DNA of 63,971 nt, filler included, from Phoronis australis (taxonomy: Eukaryota > Animalia > Phoronida): the NCBI GenBank assembly GCA_002633005.1. It is 12 parts of 12 records of this genome, joined end to end, with 100 filler letters (N's around TTAATTAATTAA, not from the genome) between each part and the next. Parts side by side here need not be neighbours in the genome. Positions count along the whole stretch, not along the records: positions 9,938 to 20,564 come from NMRA01000962.1; positions 20,665 to 23,375 come from NMRA01003475.1; positions 23,476 to 30,628 come from NMRA01001595.1; 9 more parts are not named here. One strand, written 5' to 3'. The notes under the pieces were generated by a model. That model was given only the letters and a program-made list of their open reading frames with translations, was not told the DNA's origin and did no database searches. Shown here piece after piece: positions 12,270 to 24,809 of the stretch (position 1 is the first letter of the stretch; every line of letters starts with the position of its first letter). The translations under genes were made by a program, and so were the position numbers.

Positions 12270-12443
12270 ACAGCTACCGAAGGTGTGAAGAAAGCCTGAG
12301 TAAATCGTGAACTAAACTGGAGGTAAGCATGAGGACTACCCGGAGAGTAGGCGTGNCACAGGTACCGAAGGCGTGAAGAAAGCCTGAGGAAAGCGTGAAC
12401 TAAACCGGAGGTAAGCGTGAGGACTACCCGGAGAGTAGGCGTG
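12270..12443. repeat. ~85-bp direct duplication across a single N (12356)
   Basis: taccgaagg.gtgaagaaagcctgag...gaggactacccggagagtaggcgtg occurs twice. Confidence 0.8.
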
Positions 12444-14589
12444 AGGCGACCGTGACTGATTTCTGTCACGTCTGCGTTGGGGTTGCGCTCCGGCCTGGCC
12501 AGGCGTGAGGTAGCCCGGGCGAAGGCTAAAAATTCAGTGGCTGTACTGTACATAGTCGACGTTGATGATTCTCACACACAATTTAATGAATTATGCACTG
12601 TCAAGACTCTCTCTTCGGATTCTTAGTCCTGGATACAGTAGATGGTGTACCTGCGTTTTCTATAAGTACGCAAAAAAAGAAAGATTTGTTGTTGTTGGCC
12701 AGGTTCCCGGCCAGCAAGGTTATCGCTGATAATGACGATGCGTGACTGATCGGGCTTAGTCTGAAGTGCATTTGTCCCAGATCTGACATACGATTATAGA
12801 GCGTGGTCGAAAAAAGAACGATTCCACCAAATGTCTCGAGTGATGGATTAGAAAACGCGCTGCCTTTTATGGAATCATAACCTATATTCGAGATTTGACA
12901 TTAGCACGCACTGTAAGTAAAACCCTATACGGAGTCAAGTGAACCGTAGCAGGTACATGTATATGACACAATCATCTTTGACCACGATGATGAGAATATC
13001 GTAATAGGTGCTTGTACATGCTCTTCTGGACTCGGTCAGGCCTGCAGTTATATTTCAGCGGTGATCTATGCTGTGACACTCGCTTGGCGCCCTAGAGTGG
13101 CTGGAGCTACTCAGCGGGCACCCTTTGGGTCGCCAATGCGATTTCATATTGTGTTTGACGACCTAGGAAAATTTCCAAGCTGCCACGAGGTGGCCACTGA
13201 GAATATCAGAGTCAGAAAATATTACCCTCTGAAATCGTTTTAAGGTTGGTGTTGACTTCCAAACTTGAAATTACTAATAGTGTTCCTAGATTTATTACAT
13301 TTGATTCACAATTGTTCCGTTTATTTCGTGAATTAACGTATTTGCCACCACGTTGAAAATTTAACAGAAAGTAAACAGAGAGAATTCGGAATTGTTCGGC
13401 AAAAACGGGCAAGATCGGCAAATTCGCGCCACCAGGCCATGCGGTCGTCTGCGTCCAATGCTTATGCTCGTCCCTAGGTCGTCGTCGGGAGAAACAACTG
13501 GGTTAGAGACTGAATAAACGTATGTCAACGGCAAAATTGGTGAAGCGCAAGGAAAATGGGTGCTGTTATAGCTTTACATTTTTGGTCGACAAAAGTTTAC
13601 GTCCTACAGGAAACATAGTTCGTTGGCGCCGATGATTTTGTTTTCAATTTTGGCGACCTCAGATTTCGTTTGGCGACCTGGGATTTTGCCAGGCCGCTAA
13701 ATGCAATTTGGCATTTAGCTAAGCGTCGAGCTCTGTGTACGATAAAGCCCCTAACCGGGTAAAGGTTCAAAAAAAATCCCTTGAGCCACTTAAAAATTCT
13801 GCAGGTCCAGTTGTCATTAAAAATGCAGAGTTGACGTTATTTTCCAGCCACGAGTCATTTCAAACGGAAATTGACAACTCGTTTGCTTCCCCTATGGGCT
13901 TGTCAAGGAACGATGTTATCACTGATATACAAAGCTCCACAACAACCACCTACACCTGCTGTTCCGCAGGACAGCATATTGCGTGGATCACATGACATGG
14001 ACTTTTCTCTACCAATAAATGAACCGACTTTTGCTCTAAGACCTATGTTAAACTCAGTGCAAATGCTCGTAACCACAAATCAAAGCAAAGGCGAAAATGC
14101 GTGTGCGGTCCGTGTACTGTAGCAAGAACATCTCAGCGATTATGATGTATCTCAACATTTGTTTCTATTCACCGAAAGTACACGTATATTAACACTTCAT
14201 AACTCAGATAGTAATCCTAGTAAAAACAAAGCTAAAACAAGAAAACTCCAACAACTGTGACTGGAGAGATCCGGTTGACTTGTACAAAAGTTCAAAACCA
14301 AGCGCAAGGTAGACAAGTATTGCCAATAACCAGTTATTAAACAGACCTGAAGTTCCACCGAAGGGCTTTTCCCCACTTGGTGAAATGGATATCAATGAAA
14401 AGAATGTGAGGAAACTTTTTGTTCAGTGTGTTAGTACTAACAAAATCAAATTTCCTTGACACGTTTTGTAAACAGCAAACAGCCTTACCAGTTACATTTT
14501 GCCTCTTTTTACTTTCCTCTAACAACAACGAATCAAATCGTCTGCCATCTTCTACCCTTAGATTTTGACCTAATAATGTCATGTAGAGG

Positions 14590-17500
14590 CCCGAATGCCA
14601 GTACACTCTTTCACAGTGCTAACTTCCATGCTACGAACCTGTCCCCTAATCCTGGGAAACTGCTAATAAACATTATGAGGGAAACATTGGTAATTACTAA
14701 ATTGCTTATCTTAATATTGGAAAGAACGAAAATGCGTTTCAAATCAGTAAATCCAACTATCGTAAAGCTTAAGGTTTAAAAATTTTTTGCAATGACGTAA
14801 TTATGAACTCAAGTCAGTAACTGACTGTCAAATTTATTCGCTCAACGCAGAAATTTATGACAATATATGATCTTTTTAGAACATATATCGTTAATCTTCA
14901 AGAAATAAATTGTTTCCTGTCGCATGCGTACATGGTTGTCAACACTTCATAATTACTCACTATTAATCTAGACAACTGCGACATGCACGTTAAAGGTTAC
15001 TCAACCGATTGCATTACTAATTATGGACTAGTTTTATACAGATATTTCATACAATTTTAAAACGTATGAATGTTTGATCTCGCATATCAACAAAGCTGTA
15101 CCACCTGCAATTCTTTACAAGCTCCCCGCAGCTCCCAATACCCGGTGCATAAAATTATTTTTGATGAGTTTAATAACGTCATCATTGTTGCTGATGTCGA
15201 CATTGATTCTTTAAAAATTAATTACAACCGCGAATATCACGACATGATAGCCAAAAATCACTTAACCTACAAACAACACCAAAATATCTCACAGTGGCGT
15301 TTCTTCCAACGTATGAGACCAATTTTTATATTTATCTCGAAATTTTTTGGAAATCGACTCAATTACATCAAATGTTAACTTTTAGTCAAAATCAACGCTC
15401 AAACCCGGACACTAAATGTTCAACACTGTCCAACATCATCAAAACATTTTCCCTGCAAAGCACACGGTTCAACAAGTACAAGCAAAAAATTGGCCCGTGG
15501 ATATCGCAAGCTCTTCTTTCTTCAATATAATAAGGATAGACGGCACAAAAATAAAACTTCCATCCATACCTAACCCACTGCTCAACGAACGACAGAGGAG
15601 CTTTAGTACCTAAACAGTAAAGCTTTGAAATTACTTATATAAACTGCAAAGAATCTTTACGTTCATAAAGAACTCAACAGGTACAAACACGACTCCAGCA
15701 AGACATGGAATTTAATCAAGAGTAATTTCAAAGCAAACAACAACTCTACCAAATTACCGGAATAAAGAATAGAAACACTGTAAGATGTTTGAGAAAACGT
15801 CGATAGCTCGTGAACTTAACAACTTCTTTGTAAATATTGGCAGATGATTAGCTAATCAGTTACGAGTTATGCACGCACTAAATTTGACTTTCTTTTCCAG
15901 TCCTACGCAAACACAATTTAAATTTCAGCAGTAAATGAAAACAATGCTTTGAATTTATCAAAAGATTTGACAATATTTCCGCCAAACTTGATTGCTGTGC
16001 TCCTTATAAAACCACTCACCACCATCATCAATCAATATTTTAACACAGTAATTTTGATTTGAGCATTGTCAAATCTGTGCTCATTAATAAAGGAAATGAC
16101 TTACACGAACAACTGCAGGTCTATCTCTCTACGTCCTTTCTTCTCAAAATTATTTGAAAAAATTGCCCTTGACCAACTTTACAACTGCTTCACTACAAAC
16201 AATCTGTTGAAACTATGGTGTTCATAAATGCGCTCTATGCAAAGTACTATGTCACACGGGTAAAATATTGGCTACAGTTGTTGAATATACCATCTACTAG
16301 AGGCGCTAAAGAGGCTTATGACATGTTAATTGATTTAAATCGGAATTGGAGAAATACTTGGGTATCTTCTGTTAGACAATTGCGATCGAAATGCGGTTTT
16401 TATGAAATTTCGTTGAATCAAGGAGTCACGTGCGAAGTTTCGTTTTTAAGTATTTTCGCGCAAAGAGTTAATGACAGCTATGAGCAAGGTTTGCGATCAG
16501 AAATTGAGCACAATGCAAAACTTAAAAATACAACTGTAAATTTACGACTCTGTACTGTTTTGAACCATACCTTAAGTTACCGCTACATAATAGTCTTATT
16601 CAAGCGTTTACTCGGTTACGTTGCTCCAACCATAGACTACAAGTGGAAGTGGGTAGACACGAGAAAGTGGAATATTATAATACTAGATTACGTTTGATTT
16701 GCAATGATGGTCTTGTAGAGGATGAATATCACTTCCTGTTGATTTGTAAGGGATATTATGAACTTAGGTCACGTTTTACGAAAGAAGTTCAATGGAAGCA
16801 CCCAACTCAAAAATATTGTATACGCCTGCAAGCTAATCCAATATGTGTATTCTGCCCTTAAAAGAAGAGAACAACTCTTACATGTAAATGGATGGACTGC
16901 GTGCTCAAATGTGCATGTTTAATTTTTGTTTATTGTACTTTGGGTCAGAGGCCTTTAATACAAACAAACGTATGATATAAACGAAGACCAACAGAATTTG
17001 TAACACTCGAATCAACTGACAGAATTAACGGACAACTAGGGGAAAAACGCGACAACCATCTGTTTAAAAGTTCCAAAAGCCGTTGACAGTGTAACTGGGG
17101 TCGACCAATTGTTTTTAAAAATATTTAATTAGTCATCGAAAGCATTATCTTCTATTTGACAATTCACGCTCCCAATAGTCTATTATCATCACAGTGATCC
17201 ATTTTAGTCCCCTCCTTTTCCTTATTAACGTATTAAACGACCTCCAGAAATCCACTGTTTTTGAGACCCTTATGTATGCCTATGACACCTGTCTTATACA
17301 TGTATACACACACCCGTCTACAAAACCATCAAACAAAGAGACTAAAATTACTGATAAACTATCGGACATAATCGCATGGTTATCAATCAACAAACTGGCA
17401 CTAAATGTCACCAAAACTACGCACATGGCATTCTTAATCTCTCACAAGAAAATAACTAAAAAATATTCAAAGTTTTGTTAAGTATATATCTTTTTGGGAA

Positions 17501-17700
17501 TAAAGTTTAGCGATTCTTTATCCTGGTCATGGCCTATTAATCAGAAGGGAACAAAAGTGTCACAAACCTTTGGCGTACTCGATAAACTCAACAAATAGCT
17601 GCCTTTATTCGCACTAGACATAATTTGCTACTCCTTGACCCATACTCACTCTTGGTACATTCGCCTGTTCGCAGCTTTTCTCGATTCTACCTCGCTGATA
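14590..17700 (+). mobile_element. Decayed CR1/L2-group LINE ORF2 (APE endonuclease + reverse transcriptase), interrupted by a nested LINE
   Basis: Collinear broken motifs: VIIVADVDID (GDFNID-like), PWISQALLSSI, ELNNFFVNIG, KPLTTIINQ, NCRSISL..FSKLFEK, SKAVDSV (KAFDxV), SPLLFLIN, MYAYDT (YADDT), WLSINKLALNVTKT, FLGIKFSDSLSW; many stops and frameshifts; boundaries approximate. Confidence 0.85.
16215..16970 (+). mobile_element. 5'-truncated LINE 3' end inserted into the RT region of the older LINE
   Basis: VKYWLQLL, WVSSVRQL, RLRCSNHRLQVEVGR and ICNDGLVEDEYHFLLICKGYYELR (C-terminal Cys/His motif of non-LTR ORF2); host RT resumes at ~16985. Confidence 0.8.
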
Positions 17701-18623
17701 CCGAAAAATCTGAATTTTCATATACCCGGATGGAATGTTTCTAAGTTTCCGACGAACTGTTAATGTTATTGAATGGTTCATTGATTTAACTGTATTTTTT
17801 ACAAACTGAGAATTCTTATGAATTTGTTTACTAGTTATCCTTAATTTACACAAAGTTTGGTTCTCAAGCCTCTTTATTTTAAGATGAATCTTCATTTTAA
17901 AGTTGTATACCCAGGAGCGCAATGTCAAAGTCGCCCTCGTTCAAATACTTTTGCATATCACGAATCTCAATATAATTACGCACTGGTACAGACACGTATG
18001 TTGTATAACCTATTTATCCTATGCGCCCCATTCAGGATTCTTTAAAGAAGTGGGTTTACACAGATTGCTTCGCTTGTTTTGGTGCCGTTTGTCATGTTTT
18101 ATCTATGATGGTCGCAGATCACGTGACACGTATACGTGCACGCAAAATTTTTATGAATGAATTTTTGCAGCCTGCATGACACGGCAGTCAAGTTGTATTT
18201 AACAGCAGCTACAGGCTTGGGGTGCATATCTGCTATTTTCAGTATTTTCGTCAGAGTTGTAGCTAAGTCTATTTCTAAGTTAAAGTTTGCTTACATTTCT
18301 GACGATTTTTCTTGACTTCGTTGAGGCTGATGCACGTTTATACGCTTCCTAAAAATGCTTTTTCTCGAGTTCTTATCATTTTACTAGGTAGAAAGTGCAG
18401 TATTTACAGCAGTTGTAGTTTTGCTTTTGGGCTCGACGTATTCTGATTGGTTTGAGAACGAATTTAAAGTTGACTCATATTTGACCTTAAAGAACCTCAA
18501 CTGGTGTAGTGAAAGAGGCATGCATTGGTAATGCATATGGCTTTCCTAATCCAAATATATTGTGGTAAGTTCGAGACTTTTTGTGATGTTCTACTCGGGT
18601 GCAAAATTTCATGTTAATATGTA

Positions 18624-19757
18624 CTAGGGAACCCAATGGTCGTCCGCCTAAGCATAAAACCGGCTTGGTGTCGTACTCACCCAATTATTCCACTTCAAAG
18701 TTATGCTCTGAATAAGATTTGATTTAACTTTCACAAATATATAGTATTCGTTGATCGAAACGTTTTCTTTTACTTATGCCGAGTTGTTCAACTGTGCATT
18801 GCTTTTCGGCAGCCATTTTATAATGGCTCCTATGGTCGTCATATGCTGCCGCCTTTTGAAAGAACATAAAACTACACAGAAAAAGGCCAAGAAAGTGGTT
18901 TACAGCAATTCTACTTCAACCATAAACTATTTTACTAGTATCATATCGATTTTTAAACCTATTAAAATTGATTTAAAATTTCAGTTCTGGAAAATAAATC
19001 GCAATTGTTTTATTCCAGATAGACCTTACTTATTTTGTATTTGTGACCTCTTTATTTGACTTTTTGCTCTAGTTGTTCTTAACACCACTTATCTCTGCTG
19101 TCCTTTTTCTTTTCAGTTTCTCTTCATTCTCTGTTAACATCTTGTCAGCCAAAACAGAACTGTAACCCTTCAAGTTTGTCGGGGCAAGTTGATCATTGAA
19201 CCTCGATACAATTGTTCTACTAAATTACCCAATATCGTATTGTTTGATTTTTTCTCACCTTTAACAGTCTTCTGCAATCATAAATAAATGAATAAATACC
19301 CAAGTTGCATTTACATTTTAGTGCTCAATCTCTTCTTTTTTTGATTATGTCATGTTGTGTTGTATGTAACAATGCAATAGGCCTATAGTGAAATAAAGTC
19401 AATGTTTTACTTTATTGGTGGCCATTCTCTATCAATTCAAGTAGTTTCATTTTCTTCAAATAAATTCAAAATGCTTTAACCAAAATTAGTACCTGGGACA
19501 AATAGATACATTGCATAAACAATCCCTGAGTTGAAAATTTAATTACGAAAATATCTTATGAAAACGATCAAAAAGTGCATTAGTAAAATCTACAACTTTT
19601 TAAGTGGTCTCAAAAAACAGCGTTAATTTTAGTTTCAGTTCTTCCATGCGTGTTTCTCCTGAGAGTTTAATACCTAATGTGTAGACGAGCACTCAAAATT
19701 GGACCGCTAAGTCCCGCGTGGCTGCGCTGCACGCGAAAGAAGATGGCGGACGACCTT
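18624..19757 (-). mobile_element. Copy 2 of the sub-TIR interspersed repeat
   Basis: Reverse complement of 4601-5904; the minus-strand end reads ...GGCGGACGACCATTGGGTTCCCTAG-T (CTAG|T). Confidence 0.75.
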
Positions 19758-19902
19758 TGAAGCCTGACGACGATAGGTATCCGGACTATATTAAGAAAAA
19801 TTTTCAACAATATTTTTACTTCACTTTTTTTAGTTTTGGAAACGCATATCATAGTATTGGCATGTGAAAATATTGCGCACGGAGCTGAACCTAAAGTGAT
19901 GC

Positions 19903-20160
19903 TATAGACCCTATTCACGCGGCGGCCATTAAGATCCAAAGCGAGGCTCACTGCGATAAACAAAGCGAAAGTAGGCATTGCGTGAGTTAAATAGCCGGTC
20001 TTTCGAGTCCAACCTGGATATTAAATTTTAATGATGTGTCGACAATTAACCACAGAGACGTAGAAAATTACATTAGAGAACAAGTTAAGGCGCCAAAGAG
20101 TTGTCTGACGAAAGGGTTTAATTTTTTTCGGAAAACTAGGTTCGAAACATGAAAAGTAAA
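19903..20160 (+). mobile_element. Possible DNA transposon end (ISL2EU/Harbinger-like) with a decayed ORF start
   Basis: AT-AGACCCTATTCAC terminus-like sequence, then INHRDVENYIREQVKAPKSCLTKGFNFF..EN*V, resembling N-termini of SWIM/YqaJ accessory proteins; second end not seen. Confidence 0.3.
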
Positions 20161-21922
20161 TATGACCAAATTGCGGCGATCGTAGTGTTACGGATTAGGT
20201 ATAATGCTGAATGCAGGGTTACGTTTTTTTCTTGTAAACTGTTGATCAAAATACTTTCTACGCGGACCAGGTCATCTGCTCGTATTGTTGACGAGATGAA
20301 GACATATTCGACAGTGGTGTATGTCATGTGCAATTAGTCACATATGGTTTAATTTGTTGATCAAGAATATTAACATCAAGCATAGCCTGATCCTATGCAC
20401 TCACTGGGACTAACAGTTGATTTGTCATTGGTCTGAAAGAATAATTGATGTTATTAAATATATTTGTATTAAAATAAAAAACAGGCTCGTAATTGAAAAT
20501 AAAAATTATTTGACCATCAATGCTTTCTTGGTTGTAATAATTCTTACGTCTATTTCATGTGTTANNNNNNNNNNNNNNNNNNNNNNNNNNNNNNNNNNNN
20601 NNNNNNNNTTAATTAATTAANNNNNNNNNNNNNNNNNNNNNNNNNNNNNNNNNNNNNNNNNNNNTACCTAAGTTCTTAGTTTTGACAGCCTATATCTTCA
20701 GAGTTAGGAGAAAAATCAAACATCCGAGACAATTTCCTTGGTCATAGCCCATAAAATAAGTGCAAAATTTCACCCACATACAAAAGAAGATCAAATGTTC
20801 AAAACTGCGAATGGCTCTGAAAAGCAAAACTCCGAGCTGAAAATAAGCGATAAAAATTCGCCAGTTGAAGTCATCACATGTACTTCTGAAAATTAAATTG
20901 CACAGATTGACAATCCACTTTAAGACTTCAATTAAGTTGAGTTTAAAAATAAATGATGAATTAACCATATTTATGTGATGTCGCAAGAATAATCCAATCC
21001 TGTATTACTGTGAACATATGAAAACAACTCAATAACTCGTTTTCTCTAGATTAGCTGTGCTCACCTTAACCTATACAACACTTGACTGCATATGATAAGG
21101 AAAGCCTTTTATCAGATGTTAAAACTTCTATAGGCAGCTTTTTTAACTCTCTTCAATGAAGCTAGAAGGCCTATGGATTTTCACGATTTTTACTCAAAAG
21201 TGCAAGTTCTAGTCTAAGGCAACGCAAGAATGCAGGTCTTCCACTAATCTAAGCAACAAAAGTTAAGGTGAAGACCTGTTTAAGCCCCTTTACGATTTAA
21301 ACCAGGTAAACTAGTATGTACCATAAATAGACTGACGCCTTTGAGTGGCCGTTCGCTGTTGGTGTTCTTGCACAAGTTCTGTGGAGTCTGTGAGAAACCT
21401 TTGAATCTGTAATTAATCGTGCAGTGTTATCAATTTTCAATGTTCTGAGAGGACAATGCAATGAAGTTTTGATGAACTGGTGTGCATAGAAATTTTGATA
21501 TGCCGTGCCACAGCTGGTTATAAAACTAACAACTGAAACCACACTATTGTAAGGCAGTGTAAAATATGGACCTGCGATATGAAATAATGTATTTGAACTT
21601 CTCAGGATTCAGGAATAAGCAAGGACAATTGCAAGTTATTAATGGACTTCCCCATGGTGGGCACTGCACAATGAAGAAAGTATTCTAAGTGAAACTCCTG
21701 TATAGATGTCTACAATTCTGTACGTCGTCTCTGGTTAACAAAATGTGATAAATGTGGGAGAAGATGTAGGAATTTCCATACACAACTGTAGGCTCTTTGA
21801 AATATTCCAAGTGGACTATAAGATTATTGAATGTCAATTTTTGGCTGGTAAAATGCCACTTAATTCAAGCGGATAAAAATATCCCTTTGATCAAGACTAC
21901 TTACTAGTAGAAAAACTGGTCA

Positions 21923-22028
21923 TCATGATGGGAATGATAGACGTCATGATGGGAACGTATGACGACATGATGGGAACGTATGACCTCATGATGGGAACGT
22001 ATGACCTCATGATGGGAACGTGTGACCT
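21923..22028. repeat. 21-bp minisatellite (CATGATGGGAACGTATGACCT) ~5 copies
   Basis: Directly visible. Confidence 0.92.
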
Positions 22029-24439
22029 TACTGTGACAATCCTATCAAGCCCGATCTTATAGTTCTCCCAAACCCATAAAGCAATTCTAACCCAAGTTAG
22101 GAACAAGTGAAACCAGTTCTATAACAGTAACAAGACCATCTCAAAACTTATTTTTAGACATTCAAGAGGCAAGTTTTTAGCCACATTTAGTAACCGCTGT
22201 GTCAATTATTTCACTACGCTGTTTTGCATTAAGTGTAAGAGTACAATACTGTCTTGTGGGATCAAGGTACTTTGTAAAAAACATACATCTCCAATGTTTA
22301 TCTATCTACACTCCTGGGATGCAAGACATTATGAGGCAGTACTGAGAGATGACTGCTGTATTATACTTAGTCTGGCATGCCCACACTACATAACCGAGAG
22401 CCAGCAGAATTCCCAGCCCTGAGCTATGATAACAAAGGAAATGGAGCTTTATCTAATTACTTTTTACATGCTATTGTATCCTTTATCAACATATTAAATG
22501 TGTTTACAGACTTGCCTTCAGTAAACAACATTTTTCATTATTACCACACAGTCACTTAATATAGAAATACAGGTTTCGACTTGTTCCTTACGACCATGCA
22601 ATTATAAGTGATATCGGGGCTCTGTTTCAAGAACGTTTAAAGTCTCAAGTTTGATGACGTCAGTTGCATTGCTAAACAAGTGCAACATAACATGTGATGG
22701 AATGAAACCATTGTTATTTCGGTCTAAGTTAGGACTAAAATATTTTCATGAAATGGAATCCTGGACTTCGTATGAGCAATTTGTTTCTGATGAAGATCAG
22801 GTTCAGTAAGTTGTTTTGTTACTGCAACTAAGTTTAAGTGTGGGGCTCGTGTTTTTGAGTGTGGGGCGTGTTTTCGAGTAATATTGAACAGTCAGTTCTT
22901 TCCAAGTCCCAAGGAACAAATCAAGGCACGTTTCATAACCCCAAATGCTTTGAATGACAGACGGGTGTGTACGCCAGCTCTAGTCAATACCTACCTGACA
23001 TCTACCCAACGTGAAAACTTCAGCTATCTATTAAGGTGGTTAGTTGTAGTAGAAAATATTTTTTATCAAGTATTCTCCACTTATGTGTTTGTAAAGAATT
23101 TGCAATGCAAAATAATGTGGACACACAGCTGAAGCAGCCACAAGAACATATTACAACCAGCATTGAATTTGAAACAGCCCAATCATCATAATAAGCACCT
23201 GGCAATACATTCCCGTTTGTTTACAAGTAAAGTGTCTCTTAAATTAGACCAGATTACCCAGCTGCACTCAGTTTGAATGCTGACCAAAACCATACAAGCA
23301 TGCGTGGTTTGTTGTATACCAATGAGTGGTGAAAAAATCAATGAATAGCAATTAGCTTATACTACATTTATTATGNNNNNNNNNNNNNNNNNNNNNNNNN
23401 NNNNNNNNNNNNNNNNNNNTTAATTAATTAANNNNNNNNNNNNNNNNNNNNNNNNNNNNNNNNNNNNNNNNNNNNTTGGTGGGTTTTGGACTGATGTTGT
23501 AAAGCTGTTTTGTGTTTATAAGTACAAATCCTGGGGTTTTTGTTTGAGGATACGTCTGATTTTTACTGGGAACTCTTTCACTTTTAAAATGAACAGTGTG
23601 ATTTGTCTGATGAATAAATACAATTAGTAAAGTTGGTCACCGTGATATGGAATGAGTATGGGTGCACTGGTGATGTACAAAGTACGGCACAAGCCAAAAG
23701 AAAATGGTAAAATGCCGTTTATGACAGTCATGACAGTTTATTGCACCTGCAGATTCTTTTCCGCTTAATTCGGGCTGCAAATGGCGTGCCATTACGTGTC
23801 ATGATGGCTGCAATCTCTTAACACTATCTTCCGATGCCATCACAGTGGTCCATTATGTAGATTAACCGAGCATGGTCATCCTAATTTCCAATGTCTGCGT
23901 CTACAGTGTAGTAGGGTGCACGATGTCAACTGCTTGATTACTGTTAGTTCATAATGCCCTAGTACTATGATTTTTGATGCCACACTGGCAGCTGTCAAAG
24001 TGTTACTAATACCTTTCAAATATCATTCAAACTTTAATGCTTTTTCGAGAGCTCAAAGTGGACTTTAACCCTGGTGGCGGGACAATCCGTTGAACTAAGA
24101 AAGGTACAGCAAAGGGTCTGGCGATCGCATAAAATAGGGGCCCTGTCTTGTTACCACAGAGGCCTCTCAAAAGCTGTGGTGATGAATGGGGTCAGTTTGA
24201 AAATCGTGGCGAAAGGTGGGAATTGTTATCACTGGAGCCCCAGACTTAATTCAGCACTGTTTTTACAATATCGTAGACCATCAGCTTGTAACATAGTCAG
24301 TAAATGATCATAAAATAAACTACTAATAAAAATAATTGCAGGCTGTCTAATTCACTTTGTACCAGGCTGCTCAAGTGGGCTCAATGGACTGATCACCCGG
24401 AACCATTTTTATGCTTTATTATTAATTGTTAAAATCAAG

Positions 24440-24548
24440 CTGAAGAGCTGGAGTCCTAACTCAAGGGTCTAACAGTGTACCTGAGTGGGACTTGAACCCA
24501 CGACCCTGAATAAAGGAAGTGAACAAACCATTAGGCCACACTGCCTCC
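24440..24548 (-). mobile_element. tRNA-derived SINE head
   Basis: Minus strand GAGGCAGTGTGGCCTAATGG (A box) ... GGGTTCAAGTCCCACTC (B box); no full cloverleaf; 3' boundary uncertain. Confidence 0.65.
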
Positions 24549-24585
24549 TCCAATAAACTGATAGTTAACCCTTTAATTATTACAG

Positions 24586-24809
24586 CCAGCACTGACTACC
24601 AGTACCTGGTGCCCAAGGACGGTACCCCCCTCGCGGGTCTCATCCAAGATCACATGGTCTCTGGCACGTCGCTGACGATACGTGGACGCTCGTTTGACCG
24701 ATGGGACTACCAGCAGCTGGTGTATGGCGCCCTCACTGACAAGAAGGGGCCGGTGCGACTACTGAGGCCATCTATTGTGAAGCCAGTTCAACTCTGGTCA
24801 GGGAAGCAG
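24586..24809 (+). CDS. POLR1A: Internal exon of RNA polymerase I largest subunit (RPA1)
   Basis: [33 protein letters not shown]...[31 protein letters not shown] matches the RPA1 signature [18 protein letters not shown]...LWxGKQ; ttacag acceptor, gtaggt donor; open frame, 224 nt. Confidence 0.93.

Noticed and set aside
11576-12443. Direct repeats as LTRs or true tandem duplications (also 48879-49305)
   Set aside because: Each pair is split by a single N and is near-identical, typical of unmerged contig overlaps or haplotypes
24470-24548. tRNA gene (also A/B-box-like sequence at ~58140-58190)
   Set aside because: A and B boxes are present, but there is no proper anticodon arm or acceptor stem; SINE heads
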